Shown here in pieces: positions 23,892-33,209 of a stretch of 50,704 nt of DNA. This DNA comes from Vicinamibacterales bacterium. GTDB taxonomy: Bacteria; Acidobacteriota; Vicinamibacteria; Vicinamibacterales; Fen-181. Position 1 is the first letter of the stretch. Every line of letters begins with the position of its first letter. Position numbers and translations under genes: made by a program. The notes beneath the pieces are model-generated. The model searched no databases, was not told where the DNA came from, and saw only the letters and a program-made list of their open reading frames with translations. Location: positions 1 to 50,704 of the forward strand of contig DASVIS010000077.1 of assembly GCA_036381995.1 (NCBI GenBank), read 5' to 3'.

Positions 23892-25868
23892 GTGGCGTCG
23901 GCGCTTTCTCGCGGCTCGAGTCGCGTGTCATACTATCTCGCCGTGGAAAACACCGCATCTGTTCGCGCAAGAGTTGACGTGACCAGCGAGGGTCGGCCGC
24001 GGCCGGTGTGGCAGCGACTCGAGTTTCTCGTGCCGGTCATGCTGTTCGTGCTGGTGCTGTCGGCCGCGCTGACGGTGGACCCGGTGAACAACGGCTACGG
24101 CCTGAAGGGCGACGAGGCCTCCTACACCGCCATGGCCTTCAGCGTCGCCTACGATCGCGACCTGGCCTTCGAACGGAAGGACCTCGAGCGCTACTGGGCC
24201 ATGTATCGATGCGGGCCCGACGGTATCTTCCTGAAGCGCGGAAAGCTCGTCAGATACAAACCGATCTGGACTCCTCCATTCGTACGTCGGGTCGTGTGGG
24301 GTGACGGACCGGTGGATCACCTGTACTTCGGCAAGTCCTACATCTACCCGCTCATGTCGGCGCCGCTCGTCTGGCTGTTGGGCCTGCGGGGCATGCTCGT
24401 GTTCCACGTGCTCCTGCTCACGGGGGTCGGCCTCTGCGGCTATCGGTTCACACGCGCGCGCTCGGCGCCTGGACCGTCGCTCGTCTTCACGCTGGCGTTC
24501 CTGATGGCGTCGGTCGTGCCGGTGTTCGGTGTCTGGTTGACCGCTGAGGTCTTCAATCTCTCGCTGGCCTTCTATGCGTATTTTCTGTGGCTGTACAAGG
24601 AGGTCGCGCCGCAGCCGGCCAGGCCTGGCCTGTTGTCGCGGTTCGTGCGAGGTCGCGGGAGCGACGCGCTGGCCGCAGCGCTGCTGGGGATGATGACCTT
24701 CTCGAAGCCGCTCTACGGGTTGCTGATCGTGCCGATGGTGCTCTGGCCGTGGCTGCGCCGTCGTTTCGCCCGTGGTCTGCTCGCAGGTCTGGTCTTCGTC
24801 CTGGTCGCCGGTGGCTTGTTCGGCATCAACGACTGGATCTCGGGGGAGTGGAATTATCAGGGAGGCAACCGCAAGAGCTTCTATACGTGGTTCCCCATGC
24901 AGCGTCCCGAGATGACCTTCGAGAACCAGGGCGGCTCGAGCGTCACGAACGACCTGGGGGCCGCTGCCATCGCGGACTCTCGGGCGTATGCCAACCGCCT
25001 CGCGCTCAACGTCGGGTACCTCCTGGTTGGCCGCCACTCTGGCCTGGTGCCGTACTTCTTCCCGGGCATCGCCGCCCTTCTGCTCTGGCTCTGGCGCTAT
25101 CGGGAGATCCGGGGCTGGCAGATTCTCATGGTGTTGACCGTCATCGCCTCGGTCGCGGTCACGCTCGTCATCCTGCCGTATACGTGGTCGGGCGGCGGCG
25201 GCCCCCCGGGCAACCGGTACTTCATGGGTTTCTATCCAGTTCTGTTCTTCCTGCTGCCGGCCCTCGACTCGGCGCTCCTGCCCGTGTTGATGTGGACGGG
25301 TGGCGCGATCTTCACGGCGCAACTGGTGCTGAATCCCTACTTCACTGCCAGATTTCCGTACCGCAACCTGAATCACGGCGCCCCGCGCTGGCTCCCGATC
25401 GAGTTGACCTTAGTCAACGATCTGCCGATCATGCTCGATCGTTTCCACGCGAGGCTGCCGTACGGAAGCGACCCGACGCTGTCCCTCTACATGCTCGACG
25501 AAAACGTCTACGATCCAGAGCCGGCCGGCATCTGGTTCTCGGGTGGACGGCAGGGCGACATCATCGTGCGGACCACCCAACCGATCGCGAGCATGCGGAT
25601 CACCGTCAGCTCGCCGATCGCGAATCGCGTGTGGCTCTCGTTCGACGGGCGTGGCAGGACGGTCGATCTGAAACCCGGCGAGGCCATCGACATGGTCGTC
25701 GACACGCGCGGAGGCGGCGTCTACTCCGACCACGGGTTCGGCTACGTGCTATCGGTGAAGGCGGACGAGGGGTTCGTGCCGAAGCTGACAGACTCGGGGA
25801 CGGAGGACCGGCGGTTCCTTGGGGCGCTCGTGCGGTTGCACGCGACAACGGACGCGGGGGGGGAGTAG
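23892..25868 (+). CDS. polytopic GT-C-fold-like glycosyltransferase (PMT_2/ArnT-like) with C-terminal soluble domain
   Basis: First periplasmic loop GLKGDEASYTAMAFS (DE motif), at least 10 hydrophobic segments, beta-rich C-terminus of about 180 aa. GTG start, uncertain. Confidence 0.55.
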   Translation: MASALSRGSSRVSYYLAVENTASVRARVDVTSEGRPRPVWQRLEFLVPVMLFVLVLSAALTVDPVNNGYGLKGDEASYTAMAFSVAYDRDLAFERKDLERYWAMYRCGPDGIFLKRGKLVRYKPIWTPPFVRRVVWGDGPVDHLYFGKSYIYPLMSAPLVWLLGLRGMLVFHVLLLTGVGLCGYRFTRARSAPGPSLVFTLAFLMASVVPVFGVWLTAEVFNLSLAFYAYFLWLYKEVAPQPARPGLLSRFVRGRGSDALAAALLGMMTFSKPLYGLLIVPMVLWPWLRRRFARGLLAGLVFVLVAGGLFGINDWISGEWNYQGGNRKSFYTWFPMQRPEMTFENQGGSSVTNDLGAAAIADSRAYANRLALNVGYLLVGRHSGLVPYFFPGIAALLLWLWRYREIRGWQILMVLTVIASVAVTLVILPYTWSGGGGPPGNRYFMGFYPVLFFLLPALDSALLPVLMWTGGAIFTAQLVLNPYFTARFPYRNLNHGAPRWLPIELTLVNDLPIMLDRFHARLPYGSDPTLSLYMLDENVYDPEPAGIWFSGGRQGDIIVRTTQPIASMRITVSSPIANRVWLSFDGRGRTVDLKPGEAIDMVVDTRGGGVYSDHGFGYVLSVKADEGFVPKLTDSGTEDRRFLGALVRLHATTDAGGE

Positions 25869-25910
25869 GTCAGGGCGACGGACATCTTCGCCCGGGTCTT
25901 CGCCCTGGCT

Positions 25911-26987
25911 TCAGTGCTTGGGGGGGTGGCGGCGCGCGACGTAGACGGCGGCGCCGGACAGCGAGAACAACATGACCAGGGCGGTCGAGCCGAGGGAGAG
26001 CGCCATGGCCGATTCGAGTGGCAGGCCCAGCCGGCTGAAGTAGAACGAGAAGGTCGCCTCGCGAACCCCGAAACCGTTGACCGACACCGGCACCATCTGG
26101 ACGACGAACGACACCGGAACGATCACCGCCATGTGCCAAATCGAGATCGGGATGTTCAGGCTCCGCGCCACGGACGCGTAGAAGAACACGAGCAGCGCCT
26201 GGACGAGCACCGCTCCCGCGAACGCGTTGAATAGTGACGAGGGGCGCTCGTGGAACCGTCCCAGCGCGTCGGTGATACGCGTAATCCGATCGCCCACCCA
26301 TTCCGGGTGGAACACGGTCAGCGGCTGCAGGAGCCGTCCCACGCCTGCCGGGGCGATCACCGCCGGAGCGGAGACGAGCGTGGCCAGGAGGAAACCCGCC
26401 CAGAGCCACGACGGCAGCACCGGAACCGTGCTGGCCCCGCCGGCACCTGCGGCGACGGTCGCACCGAGCGCAGCCACCAGCACGAGCCCCATCAGCCCGA
26501 TACCTCGGTCGATCAGGACGACCGTGGCGGCCAACGTGCGCGACTGCGCCGGCCCGGCCGTATCCCTGATGCGAACCACGTCGCCTCCGATGTTGCTCGG
26601 CAGGAAGTTGTTGAAGAACGTCGCAACGAGGTAGGAGGACAGGAGGCGACGGTATCCGACCCCGATGCCCTGGGGCGCCAGGAGCACGCCCCACCTCCAG
26701 GTGGAGACGAGCATCTGCAGCAGGTAGAGTCCAAGCGCCATCAGCACCCACGGAAGCGATGCGCTCCGAACGTTCTGCCAGAGGCTGGCAAGGTCGGTCC
26801 GCGAGAAGAGCAGAATGAGAAGACCGAGGCTGACGACCAGCTTCAGGGCTGTGACCAGGAGCTGGCGCGTTCGCGAATGTGGGGGAACGGGAACGCTGTC
26901 GGTATCCACGGAAACGACTTCAGAATCCATCGCCAGCCCAATGCCCATGCAGAGGTTGCCCCAGGGGCAACCTGGTACGGAGAACAA
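25911..26987 (-). CDS. UPF0104 / LPG-synthase-TM-region family membrane protein (flippase-like), copy 2
   Basis: LKLVVSLGLLILLF, STWRWGVLL, FLPSNIGGDVVRIRDT, about 8 TMs. The start is uncertain (ATG 26930 or 26948 are alternatives). Confidence 0.8.
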   Translation of the reverse strand: MFSVPGCPWGNLCMGIGLAMDSEVVSVDTDSVPVPPHSRTRQLLVTALKLVVSLGLLILLFSRTDLASLWQNVRSASLPWVLMALGLYLLQMLVSTWRWGVLLAPQGIGVGYRRLLSSYLVATFFNNFLPSNIGGDVVRIRDTAGPAQSRTLAATVVLIDRGIGLMGLVLVAALGATVAAGAGGASTVPVLPSWLWAGFLLATLVSAPAVIAPAGVGRLLQPLTVFHPEWVGDRITRITDALGRFHERPSSLFNAFAGAVLVQALLVFFYASVARSLNIPISIWHMAVIVPVSFVVQMVPVSVNGFGVREATFSFYFSRLGLPLESAMALSLGSTALVMLFSLSGAAVYVARRHPPKH

Positions 26988-27076
26988 GAAATGAAGGGTA
27001 CCATGCGCCGGTGGGGGTGTCCACCCGGTATGCCATCCACTGCCACGATGTCACGATCGGCCGTCCAGTCGTTGCG

Positions 27077-27106
27077 TTGATCTTTCGCCGGTGCAACCCC
27101 TATAAT
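27077..27106 (+). promoter_or_regulatory. sigma-70-like promoter candidate for the 27180-33191 gene string
   Basis: TTGATC (27077-27082), 18-nt spacer, TATAAT (27101-27106), 74 nt upstream of ATG 27180. Confidence 0.4.
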
Positions 27107-27179
27107 CGGTGAGTTTCGGTACCTCAGACTCCGACTTCCTTCAGCCCATCGTCCTGCAGGCGTCGGATCCGATCTGCCC

Positions 27180-28379
27180 ATGCACATACTGATGATCGCG
27201 CCGGAGCCGTTCTTCGAGCCCCGGGGGACCCCGTTCAGCGAGTTTCACAGGATTCGGGCGTTGATCGACCTCGGCCACACCGTGGATCTCGTCACCTATC
27301 CCTTCGGGCGGGACGTGTCGCTGCCGGGCCTTCGGGTCTTCCGGTGCGCGAAGCCACCGTTCATCTCCGGGGCGAAGGTCGGGCCGTCACTGGCGAAGAT
27401 CCCGCTCGACCTGGCGCTGGCGTTCACGGCGTTGCGTCGTGCGCTGAAGGGGGGATTCGACGTCGTTCACTCGCACGAAGAAGGCGCGGCGATTGGCGTC
27501 GTGCTGTCCTGGTTGTTCCGGCGGCCGCACCTGTACGACATGCACTCGAGCCTGCCGCAGCAGTTGTCGAATTTCTCGTTCAGCGAGTCGCGTGTACTGA
27601 AGACGATCTTCCAGGGACTGGAGCGTTTGTTCATCCGGCAGTCTCGCACGGTGATCGTGATCTGCCAGCAACTGGGCGACACCGTCAAGGAAGTGGATCC
27701 GTCAGCCGACCCGGTGCTGATCGAGAACGCGCCTGGCTCGGGGGACACGCCGGTTGCCGGGCAGGGTGCACGGATTCGCGCGGAGTTCCACCTCGATGCT
27801 GAAACTCCACTGGTGATCTACACGGGCACCTTCGAGGCGTACCAGGGCCTCGACCTGTTGTTCCAGGCAGCCGCGCGAGTGCTGGTCGAGCGCCCGGATG
27901 TTCGCTTCCTCCTAGTGGGCGGCCGCCGTGAGCAGGTGGGAAAGGCGCGCGAACAGGCTCGGCAGGCGGGCGTGGAGGCGGCGACCATCTTCACCGGCGA
28001 GCGCCCGGCGGAGGAAATTCCGCTGTTCCTCGATGCGGCCAACGTCCTGGTGTCTCCAAGGAGCACCGGGACCAACACGCCGCTCAAGATCTATCAGTAC
28101 CTGCGTGCGGGTCGGCCGATCGTCGCAACCCGCCTGGTGACACACACGCAGGTGCTGGACGACACCGTGTCGATCCTGACCGAGCCGACTCCTGCCGGCA
28201 TGTCCGCCGGCATCCTGCAGGCCATCTCCGACCCCACGGCGGCGGTTGAGTTGGGCCGGCGGGCACACGAGCTGGCGGAGAGGAAATACAGCTACGAGGC
28301 CTACCTCGGGAAGACACGGATCGCGATGGCGAAGATGGCGGCCGAGCCTACGCCGGCAACCGCGGGGGGAGCGCGATGA
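27180..28379 (+). CDS. GT4-family glycosyltransferase 2
   Basis: MHILMIAPEPFFEPRGTP, HSHEEGAA, TGTFEAYQGLD, TPLKIYQYLRAGRPIVAT. Confidence 0.85.
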   Translation: MHILMIAPEPFFEPRGTPFSEFHRIRALIDLGHTVDLVTYPFGRDVSLPGLRVFRCAKPPFISGAKVGPSLAKIPLDLALAFTALRRALKGGFDVVHSHEEGAAIGVVLSWLFRRPHLYDMHSSLPQQLSNFSFSESRVLKTIFQGLERLFIRQSRTVIVICQQLGDTVKEVDPSADPVLIENAPGSGDTPVAGQGARIRAEFHLDAETPLVIYTGTFEAYQGLDLLFQAAARVLVERPDVRFLLVGGRREQVGKAREQARQAGVEAATIFTGERPAEEIPLFLDAANVLVSPRSTGTNTPLKIYQYLRAGRPIVATRLVTHTQVLDDTVSILTEPTPAGMSAGILQAISDPTAAVELGRRAHELAERKYSYEAYLGKTRIAMAKMAAEPTPATAGGAR

Positions 28380-29146
28380 GCGGGGCCGGTCCCAACCAGC
28401 CGCCTTCGGACCATTACAGCTATGCGGTGTACGCCGATCCGGCGCACGCAGGCCGCTTCGATCAGCTTCGCTTCGGCGGCCCGATCGGCACGCTCCTGGC
28501 CGAAACGCAGGAACGGGTGCTCGTCGAGTTCCTGCCAGGCCTCGAGGGCGCTCGCATCCTCGACGTCGGGACGGGTACGGGGCGGGCGGCGCTCCTGCTG
28601 GCCCGGCGCGGTGCGGTGGTCACCGCGGTGGACGCCTCGGTGCAGATGCTCGAGGTGGCGCGGGAGCGGGCGCAGTTCGAACACCTGTCCGCGGAGTTCG
28701 AGGTCGGCGACGCCCACCACCTCGCGTTCGGCGATCGGTCGTTCGATGCGGCCGTCAGCCTCCGAGTTCTGATGCACACGCCCGACTGGCGACAGTGTCT
28801 CGCCGAACTGTGCCGGGTGGCGCGGGAGCGCGTTGTGTTCGACTATCCGGCGTTCGCGAGCGCGGCCGCGCTGCAGGCCGCCGGACGACGTGTGGCGGCG
28901 GTACTGGGTAGCCGCACCGAGGCCTACCGCGTGTTCCGGGCACGCGAGGTCGAGACGGAACTGGCGCGGCACGGGTTTTCGGTGCGCGCGCGGCATCGCC
29001 AGTTCGTGCTGCCGATCGCGCTGCACAAAGCGATGGAGTCGCGGCGCGTCACAACCGGCGTCGAGGCCGCCCTGGCGAGCGTTGGGCTACTGCGGATGTT
29101 CGGCTCGCCGGTGACCGTGGTGGCGGCGCGGAGAGACGTGAGCTAG
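28376..29146 (+). CDS. class I SAM-dependent methyltransferase
   Basis: ILDVGTGTGRAALLLARRGAVVTAVDAS motif I. 4-nt overlap with the upstream gene. Confidence 0.85.
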   Translation: MSGAGPNQPPSDHYSYAVYADPAHAGRFDQLRFGGPIGTLLAETQERVLVEFLPGLEGARILDVGTGTGRAALLLARRGAVVTAVDASVQMLEVARERAQFEHLSAEFEVGDAHHLAFGDRSFDAAVSLRVLMHTPDWRQCLAELCRVARERVVFDYPAFASAAALQAAGRRVAAVLGSRTEAYRVFRAREVETELARHGFSVRARHRQFVLPIALHKAMESRRVTTGVEAALASVGLLRMFGSPVTVVAARRDVS

Positions 29147-29148
29147 CC

Positions 29149-30150
29149 ATGCCGAGCGGCGCGCCTGACACTGTTCTCGTCACGGGAGCCACCGGATTCA
29201 CGGGAGGGCATCTCGCTCGCACGCTGGCCGGCCGGGGAGAGCGCGTGCGCGTGCTGGTGCGCGAGGCGGCGCGTGCCGCAGGACTCGCCGCATTGCCGAA
29301 CATCGAGCTCTGTGTCGGCGATCTGAAGGACGCCGGGGTTTGCGCGCGGGCCGTGGACGGCGTCGCCACGGTCTACAACATCGCGGCTATCTACCGCCAG
29401 GCGGGCGTCCCCCCGGCCGCTTACCGGGCGATCAATTCCGACGCGGTCGCTGAACTCGTGCGGGCCGCGGGACAAGCCGGCGTCCGCCGGGTCGTGCACT
29501 GCAGCACCGTTGGCGTCCACGGCGATGTGGGGCATCCGCCTGCAAACGAGGATGCGCCACTGCGGCCGGGGGATGTGTATCAAGAGACGAAGCTCGAAGG
29601 CGAGCGCGTCGCGCGCGATGCGGCGCGCGCGAGCGGTGTGGAACTGGTCATCGCGCGGCCGAGCGGCATCTACGGCCCGGGCGACAGACGGCTGCTCAAG
29701 CTGTTCCGCGGCGTGGCGCGCCGCCGATTTGTCATCCTCGGCGCGGGTGACATCTACTACCATCTGACGTACATCGACGATCTCGTCGAGGGATTCCGGT
29801 TGTGCGGAACGGTTCCGGCCGCGGCCGGCCGGACGTACATTCTTGCCGGGAACGAGGTCGGAACGTTGACGGAGCTGGTCAACCTGGTAGCCGAACAGGC
29901 GGGCGTCGCGCCGCCTAAGTTGCACCTTCCCGTCTGGCCGTTCTGGCTGGCTGGGGCGGTGTGCGAAGCCGTGTGCGTGCCGCTCGGGATCGAACCGCCG
30001 CTCTATCGGCGCCGGGTCGATTTCTTTACCAAGAGCCGCGCGTTCGACATTTCCCGCGCGAGGGCCGAACTCGGTTTCGCACCCCGGGTCGGATTGCGGG
30101 ACGGCATCCAGCTCACCCTGGACTGGTATCGTGCGAAGGGGTGGCTCTAG
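29149..30150 (+). CDS. NAD-dependent epimerase/dehydratase (SDR) family protein
   Basis: VLVTGATGFTGGHL Rossmann motif, YQETK catalytic YxxxK. Confidence 0.85.
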   Translation: MPSGAPDTVLVTGATGFTGGHLARTLAGRGERVRVLVREAARAAGLAALPNIELCVGDLKDAGVCARAVDGVATVYNIAAIYRQAGVPPAAYRAINSDAVAELVRAAGQAGVRRVVHCSTVGVHGDVGHPPANEDAPLRPGDVYQETKLEGERVARDAARASGVELVIARPSGIYGPGDRRLLKLFRGVARRRFVILGAGDIYYHLTYIDDLVEGFRLCGTVPAAAGRTYILAGNEVGTLTELVNLVAEQAGVAPPKLHLPVWPFWLAGAVCEAVCVPLGIEPPLYRRRVDFFTKSRAFDISRARAELGFAPRVGLRDGIQLTLDWYRAKGWL

Positions 30151-30891
30151 ATGGCTGAGATCGCTCGCGTTCAGGACCAGTTGTCGGATCGCCGGGTGTC
30201 GGCACGCCAGAAGTACGTCAACCTGGTGGTCGGGCGCCAGGGTGTTGGCGCGCTCCTTTCGTACGAGCTGACGGTGCTGGTCTCGCAGGCGGTGCCGGGC
30301 GCGCTCGGCCTGGCCCTTCGGAAGTGGCTCTACCCCCGGCTTCTCGGCGCGTGCGGCCGCAATGTCGTCTTCGGTCAGAATGTCGTCCTCCGGCACCCGC
30401 ACAAGATTCGAATCGGCGACGATGTCGTCATCGATGACAACTGTCTGCTGGACGCCAAGGGCGACGCCAATGCGGGAATCACGCTCGGGAAGGGTGTGTT
30501 TCTGGGCCGTAACACGATTCTCTCGTGCAAGAACGGTGACATCGAGCTGGGCGACGGGGCCAACCTCGGGTTCAACTGCGAGGTCTTCTCGGCGAGCCGG
30601 GTCACCATCGGCGCGAACGCACTCTTTGCAGCCTACTGCTACGTGATTGGGGGCGACCACGATCGCAGTGATGCATCGCTTCCTGTAAGCCAGCAACGCC
30701 GGACATCGGCCGGCGTGAGCGTTGGCGCAGGAGTATGGATGGGCGCCGGGGCGAAGGTCATGGACGGTGTGTCGATCGGCGCCGATGCGATCGTCGGCGC
30801 CGGCTCGGTGGTCCGGGCCGACGTCCCGGAGCGGTCTGTCGCCGTGGGGATACCCGCGCGAGTCGTCGGCAGCCGCGAGATGCAGGGATAG
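30151..30891 (+). CDS. hexapeptide-repeat (left-handed beta-helix) acyl/acetyltransferase
   Basis: Repeated [LIV]-G-x4 hexapeptides (IGDDVVIDDNCLL, VTIGANALF, VSVGAGVWMGAGAKVMDGVSIGADAIVGAGSVV). Confidence 0.85.
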   Translation: MAEIARVQDQLSDRRVSARQKYVNLVVGRQGVGALLSYELTVLVSQAVPGALGLALRKWLYPRLLGACGRNVVFGQNVVLRHPHKIRIGDDVVIDDNCLLDAKGDANAGITLGKGVFLGRNTILSCKNGDIELGDGANLGFNCEVFSASRVTIGANALFAAYCYVIGGDHDRSDASLPVSQQRRTSAGVSVGAGVWMGAGAKVMDGVSIGADAIVGAGSVVRADVPERSVAVGIPARVVGSREMQG

Positions 30892-30895
30892 CCGC

Positions 30896-31939
30896 ATGAG
30901 CCGAATCGCCGTTATCACGTCGGGTCAGCCGTTCGGCGACGGCGGCCATTTGGCGATCGCAAACGGGCTGGTCCGGGCGCTCCGCGAGGCGGGGCACCAG
31001 GCCGAGGTGGTGCGGACGCCGCAGAACCGCTTCGGGCGTCAGGGCGCGGCCTATCTCGCGACGTGGCTCACCGACGTGGGAGTGGCGCAGGACGGCGGCC
31101 GCGTCGACCAGGTGATCACCCTTCGATACCCGGCCTACGCGGTCAGGCACGATCCGCACGTGTGCTGGCTGACGCACCGCATGCGGGAGTACTACGATCT
31201 CTGGGGGGACTTCTCGGCGACGTTGACGGCGTCCCAGCGCATCAAGGAGGGCGTTCGCCGCAGGCTGATTCATGCGACAGATCGGTACTGCCTGACTCGC
31301 CACGTGAAGCGCCTCTTCGTGATCTCCGGGACGGTTCAGCGGCGACTCGACCGATGGGGTCGCATTCCCTCCAACGTACTCTATCCGCCGCCCCCGCCGC
31401 GCCCGTATCGGTGCGAGGGATATGGCGACTACATCTTCGCGGTCTCTCGTCTGACCCGGCTCAAGAGGATGGACCTGCTGATTCGGGCGCTCGCCGAGCC
31501 GGCGGCGGCGGGTGTGCGCTGCGTCATCGCGGGCGATGGCGAGATGGCTGGAGAATTGCGGGAGCTGGTCGGTTCGAGTGGACTCGGCTCGCGCGTCGAA
31601 CTCGTCGGCGCGATCGACTCGGCGCAACTCGTCGACCATCTCGCCCGGTGCCGGGCGGTCTGCTTCCCGGCGAAGGATGAGGACTACGGGTTCGTCACGG
31701 TAGAGGCGTTCGCGTCGCGCAAGCCGGTGATTACGTGCACGGACAGCGGCGGTCCCCTGGAGTTCGTGCACGACGGCGTCGAAGGGCTGGTGTGCGCTCC
31801 TGCTCCGGCAGCGCTCGGCCAGGCAGTCGCGAGGATCTCGGCGGACGAGTCGCTGGCGTGCCGCATGGGCGAGGCCGGCTGGCACGCCGTCTCGGCGCTG
31901 ACCTGGCCCAGGGTCGTGGAACGGTTGGTGATGGTCTGA
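30896..31939 (+). CDS. GT4-family glycosyltransferase 3
   Basis: Start at ATG 30896 (MSRIAVITSG). VSRLTRLKRMD, GDGEMAGEL, EDYGFVTVEAFASRKPVITCTDSGGPLEFV (EX7E). Confidence 0.85.
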   Translation: MSRIAVITSGQPFGDGGHLAIANGLVRALREAGHQAEVVRTPQNRFGRQGAAYLATWLTDVGVAQDGGRVDQVITLRYPAYAVRHDPHVCWLTHRMREYYDLWGDFSATLTASQRIKEGVRRRLIHATDRYCLTRHVKRLFVISGTVQRRLDRWGRIPSNVLYPPPPPRPYRCEGYGDYIFAVSRLTRLKRMDLLIRALAEPAAAGVRCVIAGDGEMAGELRELVGSSGLGSRVELVGAIDSAQLVDHLARCRAVCFPAKDEDYGFVTVEAFASRKPVITCTDSGGPLEFVHDGVEGLVCAPAPAALGQAVARISADESLACRMGEAGWHAVSALTWPRVVERLVMV

Positions 31940-32742
31940 TGCCGTACCGGTCTCCGCTCGAAACCCGCATTGCCAGAAAGACGACGCAGGCGATCTCCGA
32001 CTTCCAGATGATCGAGGAAGGGGACCGAATCCTGGTCGGCCTGTCTGGCGGCAAGGACAGCTGGGCACTCATCCAGATCCTCGACGTCCTTCGTCGCCGT
32101 GCCAAGATCAACTTCTCGTTCATTGGGGTCAGTGTCGATTCGGGCTACGCCGAGTACGACCACGCCACGATTTCGCGCACCTGCGAGGAGCGGGGCTGGG
32201 AGTGCCGGATCGAGCACACGACGATCGGCGAGGTCATGGAGGACCTGCTCGACGTCGGCGATACGCCGTGTTCGCTCTGCGGCCGCCTGCGCCGCGGCGT
32301 GCTGTACCGCATGGCGACTGAACTCGGCGCCACGAAGATCGCCCTGGGCCATCACGCCGACGACTGCATCGAAACGCTGCTGCTGAATCTCTTCTTCGAG
32401 GGCAACCTGAAATCGATGCCCGCCCGGCTGGTGTCGGACAACGGGGCGCACGTCGTGATCAGGCCGCTGGTCTATGTCAGCGAGTCCGAGGCCAGGGCAT
32501 ACGCCAAGGAGTGCGACCTGCCGATCATCGGGTGCTGCTGTCCCTCGTGTGGGGACCTCAGCCTGCAGCGCCAGCGGGTCAAGCGGCTCCTGCTCGAGCT
32601 CGAGCAGGAACACCCGGGCGTCAAGAACTCGATGCTGGCGGCGCTCCGCAACGTCGCGCCGACGCACCTGCTGGATGCCCGCCTCAACCCGCCCGGCGCT
32701 CTCCGCGCCTCGGTCCGCCCCGCGCCCGGGAGCCGCGGCTGA
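31939..32742 (+). CDS. ttcA: tRNA 2-thiocytidine biosynthesis protein TtcA (PP-loop ATPase)
   Basis: [13 protein letters not shown]-loop, [10 protein letters not shown] and CCPSCG Cys motifs. The ATG overlaps the upstream TGA (TGATG). Confidence 0.85.
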   Translation: MPYRSPLETRIARKTTQAISDFQMIEEGDRILVGLSGGKDSWALIQILDVLRRRAKINFSFIGVSVDSGYAEYDHATISRTCEERGWECRIEHTTIGEVMEDLLDVGDTPCSLCGRLRRGVLYRMATELGATKIALGHHADDCIETLLLNLFFEGNLKSMPARLVSDNGAHVVIRPLVYVSESEARAYAKECDLPIIGCCCPSCGDLSLQRQRVKRLLLELEQEHPGVKNSMLAALRNVAPTHLLDARLNPPGALRASVRPAPGSRG

Positions 32743-33191
32743 TGCGCGCGGTCGTTCAGCGCGTTCGCTCCGCACGCGTGCTCGTGGATGGCCGTGTGGC
32801 CGGTGAGATTGGCATCGGTCTCGTCGTGCTGCTGGGCGTGACGCACGACGATACGACCGACCAGGCGAAGCACCTCGCGGGCAAGCTCGCTGGCCTTCGT
32901 ATCTTCGAAGACGAGGGCGACAAGATGAACCGATCGGTCATCGACGCGGCGGGGTCGGCGCTGATTGTGTCGCAGTTCACGCTGTACGGCGACTGCCGGA
33001 AGGGACGTCGCCCGTCTTTCGACGCGGCCGCGCGGCCGGAGCAGGCGCGTGCGCTCTACGAGGCCTTCGCCGCGGATGTCCGCGCGCTCGGTGTGCCTGT
33101 TGCCACCGGCGTCTTCCAGGCGCACATGCAAATCGAGTTGGTAAACGACGGTCCGGTGACGATCCTCCTCGACACGGCACACGGCCGCTGA
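32742..33191 (+). CDS. dtd: D-aminoacyl-tRNA deacylase
   Basis: [29 protein letters not shown]. The ATG overlaps the ttcA TGA. Confidence 0.92.
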   Translation: MRAVVQRVRSARVLVDGRVAGEIGIGLVVLLGVTHDDTTDQAKHLAGKLAGLRIFEDEGDKMNRSVIDAAGSALIVSQFTLYGDCRKGRRPSFDAAARPEQARALYEAFAADVRALGVPVATGVFQAHMQIELVNDGPVTILLDTAHGR

Positions 33192-33209
33192 AGCAGGACC
33201 GGCCAGCGG

